A stretch of 64,000 nt of DNA, taken from positions 1,807,607 to 1,871,606 of the forward strand of contig CBDEFO010000008.1 of NCBI GenBank assembly GCA_965237525.1, written 5' to 3'. This DNA comes from Candidatus Latescibacterota bacterium (GTDB taxonomy: Bacteria; Latescibacterota; CBDEFO01). Below the pieces are notes generated by a model. It worked only from the letters and a program-made list of their open reading frames with translations, searched no databases and had not been told where the DNA came from. Shown here piece after piece: positions 48,764 through 60,253 of this stretch. Position numbers and translations under genes: made by a program. The number at the start of each line of letters is the position of its first letter. The stretch's first letter is position 1.

Positions 48764-49120
48764 ATGGGACGTTTCTTTCTGAGGATCCTCCTCGTTCTAC
48801 TTGCGGTGAACGCTGGTTGCTCAAAGGGTGAGGATGGACGAGCAGGAGAGCACATCGGCGAAGAGGAGCTTGCCGACATAATCGTGGACATGGCGAAAGC
48901 TAAAGACGAATATCGCTCAGATGAGGAGGCTCTCACAAAGAGAGAAGAAGCTCTCAAAAAGAGACTGGAGGCTATACTAAGGGAACGAAGTATTTCTTGG
49001 GCTGACATAGAAAAGATCATGGGGGATTTGAGGAAGGATCCTAAAAGATGGGAAAGGGTCCTGACAACTGTCCAGACAAAATTGCAGATGGAGTCTAAAA
49101 CAGTGAACAGCAAACAGTAG
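48764..49120 (+). CDS. Small secreted protein, probably a lipoprotein (hypothetical)
   Basis: It has a signal peptide (MGRFFLRILLVLLAVNAGCS) with a lipobox-like cysteine, then a charged helical region. The C-terminal codons VNSKQ* overlap a CAGTAGACAG repeat element. Confidence 0.5.
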   Translation: MGRFFLRILLVLLAVNAGCSKGEDGRAGEHIGEEELADIIVDMAKAKDEYRSDEEALTKREEALKKRLEAILRERSISWADIEKIMGDLRKDPKRWERVLTTVQTKLQMESKTVNSKQ

Positions 49121-49332
49121 ACAGTAGACGGCGAAAGGCAATTGCAAGTAGATAGCATACGGAAGAGGTGTCAGACAAACGTATTGGCCTCAAGATTACG
49201 TGCCATAGTTTTTCTCTTGCTCTAAGTAGAGGCATCGGATATATTAGTTATAAGGTTTGGCTGGGGACAAAGTTCAAAGATCGCGAGCTGAATTCCTTCG
49301 AGATAAGCTGCAAAATTAAGAAAGTTTTGAGA

Positions 49333-50084
49333 GGGGACTACTGGGGCTGAAGAAAGAGAAACTCGTCATTTAAATATCGGCGCCACCGAGCGCGTCCGCC
49401 GATATAAGGAATTTTACGGAGGCTGTGTCTCAGACGCGCTTTCACGCTGTGGCGTGCCGGATACTGTGCTGTCACCGAAGTTTTATGCGTTGCGAGAGGA
49501 CATGATCCTTGCGGGCGAGGCTCTAACCGTCAAGCTCCATTCCCACCTTGGAGAGATCATGACGGGTGAGGAGAAGAAGGCTCGCGATGAGGAGTGGGGA
49601 CGGATCGGTTCACCCCAAAAACGTATGATGAGGTCGGTCTATGCGGGCGCTGTCATCTGCTTCGACACCGGTAGCGACTTTCAGCTAGCGCACTTTGGAG
49701 AGATGAGTTGCATGCTGGCCCAGGCACACGGTTGTACAGGGATGCTAATTGTCGGCAACATCCGGGATACTCGATACGTTTTGAAGATGGAGGATTTTCC
49801 TGTATATACTAATGGGCACGCGGCCAAACGCCTTTGGCGGGTGGGGGGTTACGCACATCCAGCAGCCGATATTTCTCCCCGGGCACCTTACGCACTACGT
49901 CCGGGTGAATCCCGGAGATTTCATCTTTGGGGACACAGACGGTGTCCAGATCATCCCTGTGGAGTTCACAGATGAGGTTATGCTGATCTGCGAGGAAATA
50001 GTTGAAAAGGAGAATGAGGAGCGCCGCCTCATCAGGGAAGGTATGCCCATAGATGAGGTGTATGTCCCCTATGGAGACCTATAG
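49333..50084 (+). pseudogene. Second RraA-like / HMG-CHA-aldolase family gene, frameshifted (extra G in the aatggg run near 49814-49818); no canonical start codon at the N-terminus
   Basis: Frame 1 reads ...EFYGGCVSDALSRCGVPDTV...MLIVGNIRDTRYVLKMEDFPVYTNG and frame 2 continues TRPNAFGGWGVTHIQQPIFLPGHLTHYVRVNPGDFIFGDTDGVQIIPVE. Joined, they reproduce the RraA family pattern. Confidence 0.6.
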
Positions 50085-50086
50085 GG

Positions 50087-50791
50087 GTGCATGCCAAGTT
50101 CTCTGTGAAAGGAAGTGCAATCGTGGTTCTTATCTTGGTAGCTATTCTAACAATGGCAAGCTCTCAAGATACTTGGGGGCAACTGGCCGAGCCGTCGGCT
50201 AAGTTCACTATAGCTCGGTTGAAATACGAGGGCGGAGGGGATTGGTACAACGATCCTGATATAATTGGGAATCTCTTGAGATTCATCGGAGAAAATACGA
50301 ACATCAAAACGGTAAACGATGAGGCGAGGGTCGAGATAGGGGACGAAGAGTTCTTTTCCTATCCGTTCCTGTTTATGACAGGGCACGGGAATATACTTCT
50401 GACACAGGAGGAGATACCGAGGCTCAGGGAATATCTGGAAAGAGGGGGATTCTTATATGCGGACGATGACTACGGGATGGATGAGTCGTTTCGAAGGGAG
50501 ATAAAACGTGCACTCCCGGATAAGGAGCTTGTAGAGCTTCCGCCGTCATACGGACTCTTTGAATGTCACTTCAGCTTTCCGGGGGGACTGCCTAAAATAC
50601 ACGAACATGACGGAAAGCGTCCCCAGGCGTTCGGAATATTTCATGAAGACAGGTTAGTTGTTCTCTACACTTACGAGACGAACATCAGCGACGGATGGGC
50701 GTCTCCTGATGTACACAAAGATTCTGAAGCAAAGCGGAACGCGGCTTTGAAAATGGGAACTAATATAGTAGTATGGGCGCTCACACATTAA
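50087..50791 (+). CDS. DUF4159-domain secreted protein
   Basis: It has a signal peptide, then FTIARLKYEGGGDWYNDPD...FLFMTGHGNILLTQEEIPRLREYLERGGFLYADDDYG, which matches the DUF4159 pattern (family recalled from memory). Confidence 0.55.
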   Translation: MHAKFSVKGSAIVVLILVAILTMASSQDTWGQLAEPSAKFTIARLKYEGGGDWYNDPDIIGNLLRFIGENTNIKTVNDEARVEIGDEEFFSYPFLFMTGHGNILLTQEEIPRLREYLERGGFLYADDDYGMDESFRREIKRALPDKELVELPPSYGLFECHFSFPGGLPKIHEHDGKRPQAFGIFHEDRLVVLYTYETNISDGWASPDVHKDSEAKRNAALKMGTNIVVWALTH

Positions 50792-50847
50792 AGAATGTAG
50801 ATAGTAGCCAGGGGCACCGCCTCTCCTCCTTGAGATTGCTTTGGGCG

Positions 50848-51566
50848 AATGCCCCTCGCAATGACCGAAGGACATATTGCTTCGGGCGAGTGTCCCTTGC
50901 AATGACCGAAGGACATATTGCTTCGGGCGAGTGTCCCTTGCAATGACCGAAGGACATATTGCTTCGGGCGAGTGTCCCTTGCAATGACCGAAGGACATAT
51001 TGCTTCGGGCGAGTGTCCCTTGCAATGACCGAAGGACATATTGCTTCGGGCGAGTGTCCCTTGCAATGACCGAAGGACATATTGCTTCGGGCGAGTGTCC
51101 CTTGCAATGACCGAAGGACATATTGCTTCGGGCGAGTGTCCCTTGCAATGACCGAAGGACATATTGCTTCGGGCGAGTGTCCCTTGCAATGACCGAAGGA
51201 CATATTGCTTCGGGCGAGTGTCCCTTGCAATGACCGAAGGACATATTGCTTCGGGCGAGTGTCCCTTGCAATGACCGAAGGACATATTGCTTCGGGCGAG
51301 TGTCCCTTGCAATGACCGAAGGACATATTGCTTCGGGCGAGTGTCCCTTGCAATGACCGAAGGACATATTGCTTCGGGCGAGTGTCCCTTGCAATGACCG
51401 AAGGACATATTGCTTCGGGCGAGTGTCCCTTGCAATGACCGAAGGACATATTGCTTCGGGCTCCCTTGCAATGACCGAAGGACATATTGCTTCGGGCGAG
51501 TGTCCCTTGCAATGACCGAAGGACATATTGCTTCGGGCGAGTGTCCCTTGCAATGACCGAAGGACA
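50848..51566. repeat. 41-bp perfect tandem repeat array of about 17.5 units (unit GTGTCCCTTGCAATGACCGAAGGACATATTGCTTCGGGCGA). A second, 2.6-unit block lies at about 51648-51755, inside an about 190-bp segmental duplication.
   Basis: This is a direct head-to-tail repeat with no unique spacers. One unit has a 6-bp deletion, near 51440. Each unit contains the hairpin CCGAAG-N9-CTTCGG. It lies in the 1.08-kb intergenic space between the DUF4159 gene and the gene starting at 51873. Confidence 0.9.
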
Positions 51567-51872
51567 TAATGTCATTAGCGAGCGCCCCCGATTGAATCTA
51601 TCGGGGGGAAGCAATCTCGTAGACAGTGTAGTCAAGAAGGAGCAGAGTGTCCCTTGCAATGACCGAAGGACATATTGCTTCGGGCGAGTGTCCCTTGCAA
51701 TGACCGAAGGACATATTGCTTCGGGCGAGTGTCCCTTGCAATGACCGAAGGACATAATGTCATTAGCGAGCGCCCCCGATTGAATCTATCGGGGGGAAGC
51801 AATCTCGTAGACAGTGTAGTCAAGAAGGAGCAGAGGGAATCCATGTATGCTGTCTACTAATATAGGGGATCC

Positions 51873-54647
51873 ATGATGTCCTTCAAGCATCTTTTATTCT
51901 TTTTCCTTTCTCTTTTGCTTGCGGGCAATACGCAGGCACAGACTCAGCTCACTTTAGATCGCGACCGGCTTGAAGTCATAGAGGAACAGACGGAGTCACT
52001 TGCGAACCGCCTTCTGGAACTGTCCATAGCGACTCGCCAAAAAGATCTCGATCAGATCGCAGATTTCTTTGCAGATTCGTTATTAGCGATCCCCCTTCCG
52101 ACCGAACCCGAGGATCTTGTGCATCAAGTCAAGTGGATCTACAAGCACGGCTGGAAGATTCAAAAGGAGGCTTTGAGGTTGTCTTTGAGCGCTTTTTTGA
52201 AGGATTGGGGGGTGTTTTTGAACCACTTCTCTGAGATTGATGACGCTCGATTCAAGGTCAAGAAGGCTACGTTTGACGACAGGGGCGCTCAGGCCAACGT
52301 CTATTTCTATCTGGTCGGCAGGGACGCTGAGGGCCTGAGAGAGTGGGCAAGGGGATATGCCTCTGTACATGCTCAGGCTTCGGAGGAGGGCAACTGGAAA
52401 ATCAGCCAGTTCGTACTCGAGAGTCTTGAATCCCTGGTGTCCACCATTGAGCTCTTTTCCGAAGTGGGTGGTCCGGCAGGTGTTGCGGCCTTCTTCCCGG
52501 TCTATGGATCGAGCCAAAACCGGGGTTTCGTCTGGCACGGGGCAGCGGCAGCGGACGTGGACCTGGATGGGTTGATGGACATCTTTGCGACCGGTATCTT
52601 CGAGAACTATCTCTATTTAAACGAGGGCAACGGGCGCTTCCGCGACGCTTCTGCTCAAACGCAGACCAAGATTTTGCCCAAAGCCACGACCCCGCTCTTT
52701 TTGGATTATGACAACGATGGGGATCAGGACCTGTTCCTCTCCTCGCCACAAAATCAGATGTTGCTTGAAAACCGGCTCATACCGGAAGGGAAGCTCGAAT
52801 TTTTCGACGTGTCGTTGCAGTCGGGGATCGGGCTTGTTCCGGCAATAGGGTTCAGCGCCATCGCCGGTGACGTCAATGGGGACGGTCGGCCGGACATCTA
52901 CGTTTCGTCTTACAACAGGTACGGTCAGGTGATGCCGAATTCGTGGCATCGCGCCACCAACGGGACTCCAAATCTGTTGTTCATAAATAAGGGCAACGGC
53001 GAATTTGTGGAGTCCGCAAAGGAATGGGGTGTAGATGACGGCCGTTGGAGTTACGCCGCTGGATTTGTGGATATAGACGAAGACGGGGATATGGACATCT
53101 ACGTTGCCAACGATTTCGGCGAAAATGGTCTCTACTTAAACCACGGTGATCGCTTTGTCGATGTGGCGGTTTCTTGGGGAGTGCTGGACCCAGGAAACGG
53201 CATGGGGGTCTCTTTCGGTGACTACGACAACGATGGGGATCAGGACCTCCACGTGACCAATATGTCCTCGACGGCGGGAAATCGGATTCTCGGGAGACTC
53301 TTTCCCAGTGTGAGCCGGGAGACTGGCGTCCTGGTTAAGCTGGCTTCGGGAAACAGCCTCTATGAAAATCTGGGGAACGGCCAGTTCAAGGACGTTACAT
53401 CGGCTGTTGGGGGCTTTTCATCGGGCTGGGCGTGGGGCGGTGGATTCATCGACTTCGACAACGACGGCTGGGAGGACATCTACACCCCCAACGGGTTCAT
53501 TTCGGGAAAGTCAATGAAGGATACGTGAAGTCTCTTCTGGCGCCACGTGGTGGCGTCTAAGGCAGGAGTCGAGCAGGCGGGCAGCAACACTTTCACAGAG
53601 CGGCAAAACAAATTGTTCGGACAGGGGTTTTCGTTCAGCGGCTTCGAGAGAGATGCACTCTACCTCAACCTGGGCAGCAAGAAATACTTGAATATCTCCG
53701 GTGTCTCAGGTATAGATTCGATTACTGATGGAAGGGGAGCTGTCTTCGCCGATTTCGACAACGATGGCGACACAGACATCTTTTTGACCACTATCCAGGG
53801 AGAGGCTCACCTGCTCTTTAGAAATAATCTTTCCGAAGATGACTCCTTCATTCGTGTCACCTTGGAGGGCGTAGAGAGCGGGAAAGACGCCTTCGGAACC
53901 CTGGTGAGAGTCAAGACCTCCGCCGGCGTCCTCACCAAAGTCAAATCGGGAGGGGCCGGATACCTCTCCCAGAGCGACCCGCGACTTACCTTCGGTCTCG
54001 GCTCAGATGCGAAAGCCGAGTGGGTCGAGGTTGTGTGGGGTTCGGGCCTGGTGCAGAAATTTGAGAATATCCCACAAGGCTCTTCCATGAAGATTACCGA
54101 AGGAGATGAGCAGGTGCGATGGATTGAGGAGAAACGATTCCAGCTGCCCGAGCCTATCAGGCCACAGGAGACCCGCCTGATGTCCTTGAGGATCAAAAAG
54201 GGGGGACAGTTTCCGAATCTTGCGCTGTCTTTATTGGACGGCGAAAGGACTTCCCTGCAAAGTTCTTCGATACTTTTGGGTGATCCCATACCGGGACGAA
54301 AATACCTTGTGAATCTGTGGGCAACGTGGTGCCTGCCATGCGCCAAAGAGATGCCGGAGTTGCAAAAACTCTATGCTCGCAACATCGATAATCTTGAGAT
54401 TATGGGTATCAGCCTGGACCACGAACCGGCACAAGACAAGGTCAAGAGCTTTTTGAGCGATCACGGTATCCAATACCCGATCTATTTAAGCGATGAGAAC
54501 ATAATCGAGCAAATCTATGCCACAGACGAGGTCTTCATTCCCCTATCTTTTCTGCTTGACGAGAGCGGCAAAGTAATGGAGATCTTCTCCGGATGGTCTG
54601 AGGAGGTCAGGGAGAGATTGATTGAACAAGTAGACAGCAAACAGTAG
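51873..54647 (+). CDS. CRTAC1/ASPIC-UnbV-family FG-GAP repeat protein with a C-terminal TlpA-like thioredoxin domain; the reading frame is interrupted by a single in-frame TGA at 53526-53528
   Basis: It has a signal peptide and repeated D-x-D-x-DG motifs (DVDLDGLMDIF, LDYDNDGDQDLF, GDVNGDGRPDIYV, VDIDEDGDMDIYV, GDYDNDGDQDLHV, IDFDNDGWEDIYT). After the TGA, the same frame continues SLFWRHVVASKAG...GGAGYLSQSDPRLTFGLG (ASPIC/UnbV signature) ...WATWCLPCAKEMPEL (CxxC). Confidence 0.6.
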
Positions 54648-54737
54648 ACAGGGGCACCCATCTCCCCTCCCTATGTGCTGTTTATTGAGGTAGGTAGGTA
54701 TACCCTGTATCCTGTCTACTGTTTTGAGGTGTCGGCA

Positions 54738-57700
54738 ATGTCAGATTCGGCGGAAAAGACATATCGGGAGCTTTTGGAGAGGCTCAGGAGGTTAAGAATC
54801 AGGGAGATGAGTCTCGGGGCCTCCTTCGGGACAGCTTTGTGTCTTCTGGTTGGCCTTTGCATCGGGTCGCTCTGGATGGCCGTAGAGATCTTGTTCTATC
54901 TGCATCCAGTGGCAAAGATGCTTATGCTGTCTCTTACTGCCGCGACTGCGGGCTCTGCCTTTGTGTACTTCTCCATCTTCCACGCCTTCAGGAAGAAGTC
55001 GCCGCAGGACATGGCTCTGAAGGTGGAATCTGTGTTCCCGGAGTTCAAGCAGACCTTGATAGGTGCACTTCAACTCTGGGACAAAAAGATGGAGAATCCA
55101 GAGGGCTATTCACTGGATATGATCGACCGGACTGTGATAAAGGCGGGAGACTTATCAAAGGATGTGGAATTTGAGAGCATCGCAAGTGCCGCAAAGATAA
55201 GGAAGACAGTTGTGATCCTATCTGCGCTCATGGGTTTGGTCGCCCTCTTTGTATTTCTGTTTCCGTCTCAGTTTAAGGGAGCGCTGTACAGGACTTTTCA
55301 CATCACCACCGCCTTTGCAAAGCCTCCAGAGACGTTTCTGCACGTGGAACCCGGAGATATGGAGGTTGTGAAGGGTGCGGACGCCTCTATACTCATACAG
55401 TTGGAAGGGAAACTTCCCGACCAGATCAGCGTGCTCTCCAAAGAGCCCCTGGCAAAGAGATGGAAAGAGGCAGACGTAGAGATTTCGATGGCGGATAGCT
55501 TCTTCCAGTTGCAGCTGAAGCTCGGCTTTGTCTATGCTTTTAAGGAAGTAAGCCGGACTATCGACTACTATGTCAAAGCCGGCGACGGAAAGAGTCATAG
55601 TTTTCGAATCAATGTGATCGACCGTCCGATGGTCAACAAGATCACGGCGCAATACGAGTATCCCGCATATACGGGTCTTCCCGCCAAAGTGGCAGAGGGT
55701 GGGGATCTATCGGCACTTATCGGGACTGAAGTTGAGCTTTCTATCTGGGCGAGCAAACCCTTAAGGGGGGCCTTCCTGATCTTGGGAGATGGAACAAAGA
55801 TCAAGGCTACCCTGGAAAACAGGACCGCGAGACTGGGCTTCGAGATAAAAAAGGACGACACTTATCACATTCGGTTGTTGGATTTGGAGGGTCTTGAAAA
55901 CTCTGAGCCCATAGAATACAGTATATACGCCCTGAAGGACGAATCGCCCGTAGTCAGAGTCGCCTATCCAGGGAGCGATACTGACCTTGGAGATAATATG
56001 GTACAGCCGCTTACAATAGAGGCGTCCGACGACTTCGGGATATCGAAGATGAATATCATCTGGAGACTGAACGAGGATCCGAGGCTAAGACGTCGGGAAG
56101 TACCTCTGCTCTCTGGAGGAAGGAAAGAGGTTAAAGAAGACTATCTGTGGGATCTATCGGATATGAATCTGCTGCCTGAAGATAGGATATACTACCGCGT
56201 TGAGGTCTATGACAACGATGAAGTCTCAGGGCCCAAAAGAGCCCAAAGCGAAGAGTTTGTCGTGAGACTTCCCTCTGTCCATGAGATATTGGAGGAGGTC
56301 GAAAGGACGCAGGAAGAGCAGACAATGCAGATGGAGGGGATAGCAAAGGAAAGCCGTGCGATCAAGGAGAAGTTAGAGGAGATAAAACGTGAGCTTTTGA
56401 AGGGTGTGCAGTTAGATTGGGAGGAAAGGAAGGATATCGAGTCTCTTGTGAATAGACAGATGAGAATGGCTGAGGAGATGAACAAGCTTTCCGAGAAGAT
56501 GGACGAAGTGACGGAGCAATTAGAAAAGAGCGGGTTATCTGCGGCGGAGACTCTGCAGAAGATGGCTCAAATAAGGAAGCTTATGTCGGATGTAGCGACC
56601 CCTGAACTAATAGAGGCTATGGAGAATTTGAGGGAGTCTCTGAAAGACCTGGATCAACGGCAGATAGAGCAGGCCATGAAGGATTTTTCGATTACACAGG
56701 AGGAATTTGGCAGGAGGCTCGACCGCACTATCGCTATCTTGAAGAGACTTCAGGTGGAGCAGAAGATAGATGCCGCTATCAAGGCTGCAGAGGAGCTGAC
56801 AGAAAGACAGGAAGGGATAAACGAGCAGATCAAAGATAACAAAAAAGAAGAGTTGGCAAAGGAGGAGGAAGCGATATCCCAAGATACGCAAAAGCTCCAG
56901 AAGGACATAGAAGATCTGGCGGATGCCATAAGGGAAATCTCCGAGCAAAGTCAGGTCGCAAGTTTGGCTGATTCGATTTCTAAAGGGATGGCAAGGCAGA
57001 AAATACCCTCTCATATGCTCCAGATGGCAGAGTCTTTAAGGTCGAGTGATGGCAAGTCGGCTGAATTGCAGGGAGAAAGGATAGTTCAAAACCTGGAGGA
57101 TCTATCCTTTGGCCTAAGAAAAATGCAGGAGTCCTTTCTGAAAAGCCAGAAAGCCGAGCTTTTCAGCGAGATCAGGAAGTCCATGCGGGACCTTCTGTAT
57201 CTATCTTATCGTCAGGAGGACGTGATTGCAGACGGCAAAGATAGCAGGGATTACGCCAAAGATACAAAGATACAGCGAGAGCTTGCAGAGGTTCAGCAGT
57301 CCCTCTTTTCGGGGACTTCCAAAATCGCTGACAGGCTCTTTGAAACATCTCAAAAGACGTTCTTCATCACCCCTTCTATAGGAAGAGCTTTAGGAGAATC
57401 TCTGGAAAGGATGAAAGAGGCCACCTCCTTGCTTGAAAGAGGAAACGGAAGATTGGCGTCGAGCCATCAAAGGAAGGCCATGTCCTCCTTAAATGAGACG
57501 GTTAATCTCCTCAGAGGGGCTATGGGGGACATATCGTCGTCTGAATCGGGAACGGGGTTTCAGGAGATGTTAGAGCAGATGAAGGCGTTGTCGCAACAAC
57601 AGCAGGGCGTAAACCAGGGGACAGAGAGCCTGTTCGGTGGGGGACAGATGGGACTTTCTCCAGAGCAGCAAGCGGCCAACAATGCTACCATGATGGCTCA

Positions 57701-58130
57701 ACTTCTGGCGCAGCAGGAGGATATAAGAAGGGCAATCGAGGGACTTCAAAGGGCGATGGAGCAGAAAAGGGGTCTCCTGGGAAGACTCGACAAAATAGGC
57801 ACGGAGATCGAGGAGGTCACCAGAGACCTTGCAAGCGGAAGGATAAGCAGAAGGACCATCGAAAGGCAAAGAGACATACTCTCCAGGATGCTGGACGCCC
57901 AAAGGTCGATATACGAGAGGAGCTACAGCAGGAAGAGACAATCTAAAGAAGGAAAGGACACAGATTATCAGGGCTCTGGCAGTCTGCCGGAGGATCTGGG
58001 ACAGAGGAGAAATCTTTTGAGAGAATATCTCCTCAAGGCCTTAAAGGAGGGCTATTCTCAAGAGTATATCAATTTAATACGAAAGTATTTTGAGTCACTA
58101 TCTATAGATCAAGTAGACAGTATACAGTAG
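54738..58130 (+). CDS. Large membrane-anchored coiled-coil protein (about 1130 aa; hypothetical, possibly DUF4175-like)
   Basis: It has two N-terminal TM helices, a beta-rich middle region and a long Glu/Lys/Gln-rich coiled-coil C-terminal half. The terminal codons QVDSIQ* overlap a CAGTAGACAG repeat element. Confidence 0.5.
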   Translation: MSDSAEKTYRELLERLRRLRIREMSLGASFGTALCLLVGLCIGSLWMAVEILFYLHPVAKMLMLSLTAATAGSAFVYFSIFHAFRKKSPQDMALKVESVFPEFKQTLIGALQLWDKKMENPEGYSLDMIDRTVIKAGDLSKDVEFESIASAAKIRKTVVILSALMGLVALFVFLFPSQFKGALYRTFHITTAFAKPPETFLHVEPGDMEVVKGADASILIQLEGKLPDQISVLSKEPLAKRWKEADVEISMADSFFQLQLKLGFVYAFKEVSRTIDYYVKAGDGKSHSFRINVIDRPMVNKITAQYEYPAYTGLPAKVAEGGDLSALIGTEVELSIWASKPLRGAFLILGDGTKIKATLENRTARLGFEIKKDDTYHIRLLDLEGLENSEPIEYSIYALKDESPVVRVAYPGSDTDLGDNMVQPLTIEASDDFGISKMNIIWRLNEDPRLRRREVPLLSGGRKEVKEDYLWDLSDMNLLPEDRIYYRVEVYDNDEVSGPKRAQSEEFVVRLPSVHEILEEVERTQEEQTMQMEGIAKESRAIKEKLEEIKRELLKGVQLDWEERKDIESLVNRQMRMAEEMNKLSEKMDEVTEQLEKSGLSAAETLQKMAQIRKLMSDVATPELIEAMENLRESLKDLDQRQIEQAMKDFSITQEEFGRRLDRTIAILKRLQVEQKIDAAIKAAEELTERQEGINEQIKDNKKEELAKEEEAISQDTQKLQKDIEDLADAIREISEQSQVASLADSISKGMARQKIPSHMLQMAESLRSSDGKSAELQGERIVQNLEDLSFGLRKMQESFLKSQKAELFSEIRKSMRDLLYLSYRQEDVIADGKDSRDYAKDTKIQRELAEVQQSLFSGTSKIADRLFETSQKTFFITPSIGRALGESLERMKEATSLLERGNGRLASSHQRKAMSSLNETVNLLRGAMGDISSSESGTGFQEMLEQMKALSQQQQGVNQGTESLFGGGQMGLSPEQQAANNATMMAQLLAQQEDIRRAIEGLQRAMEQKRGLLGRLDKIGTEIEEVTRDLASGRISRRTIERQRDILSRMLDAQRSIYERSYSRKRQSKEGKDTDYQGSGSLPEDLGQRRNLLREYLLKALKEGYSQEYINLIRKYFESLSIDQVDSIQ

Positions 58131-58380
58131 ACAGGGCAACCCTGCCCTTCCCTGTTTACGAGATTGCTTGGCTTCGACCCTTAGTCATTGCGAGGGGCCA
58201 AACCCCGACCCCGTCAGGAGTTGCGAAGCAGAACTAACTCAAAGGTTGGGAGGTGGTGCCCCCTATCCACTACCTACTTAAAACTGATGTTTCCGGCGTT
58301 TTGACGTTTTTCCAAGGTGTATGTCCTTTTTTTCTCTCCCTATACTTTTTATCTCAAAAATTGCAAAGGAAAGTGGAAAA

Positions 58381-60156
<1,776 letters not shown>

Positions 60157-60253
60157 TAGATAAGTAGATAGTAGGTAGGGGTATATCCTCTTCTCCCTGT
60201 CTGCTCTCTATTTGTTTGGGACAAAAGATTTTGTTTAGGACAAAAAATATAGT

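Noticed and set aside
50654-51755. Three long overlapping minus-strand ORFs (259-324 aa) with 41-aa periodic sequence SNMSFGHCKGHSPEAICPSVIARDTRPKQYVLRSLQGTLAR
   Set aside because: They arise because the 41-bp unit (period coprime to 3) happens to lack TTA/CTA/TCA on the plus strand. All three frames stay open, which is not expected of a real gene. There is no ribosome-binding site or start context.
50848-51760. CRISPR array
   Set aside because: The 41-bp units abut each other directly with no unique spacers and are near-identical, so this is a simple tandem repeat, not a repeat-spacer array. No cas genes lie nearby.
53526-53528. Selenocysteine insertion or alternative genetic code (UGA sense)
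   Set aside because: Other genes in the window terminate with TGA, and long ORFs are not riddled with in-frame TGA. The local residue context is not a redox CxxU/UxxC motif. It is kept only as a low-probability alternative in the findings.
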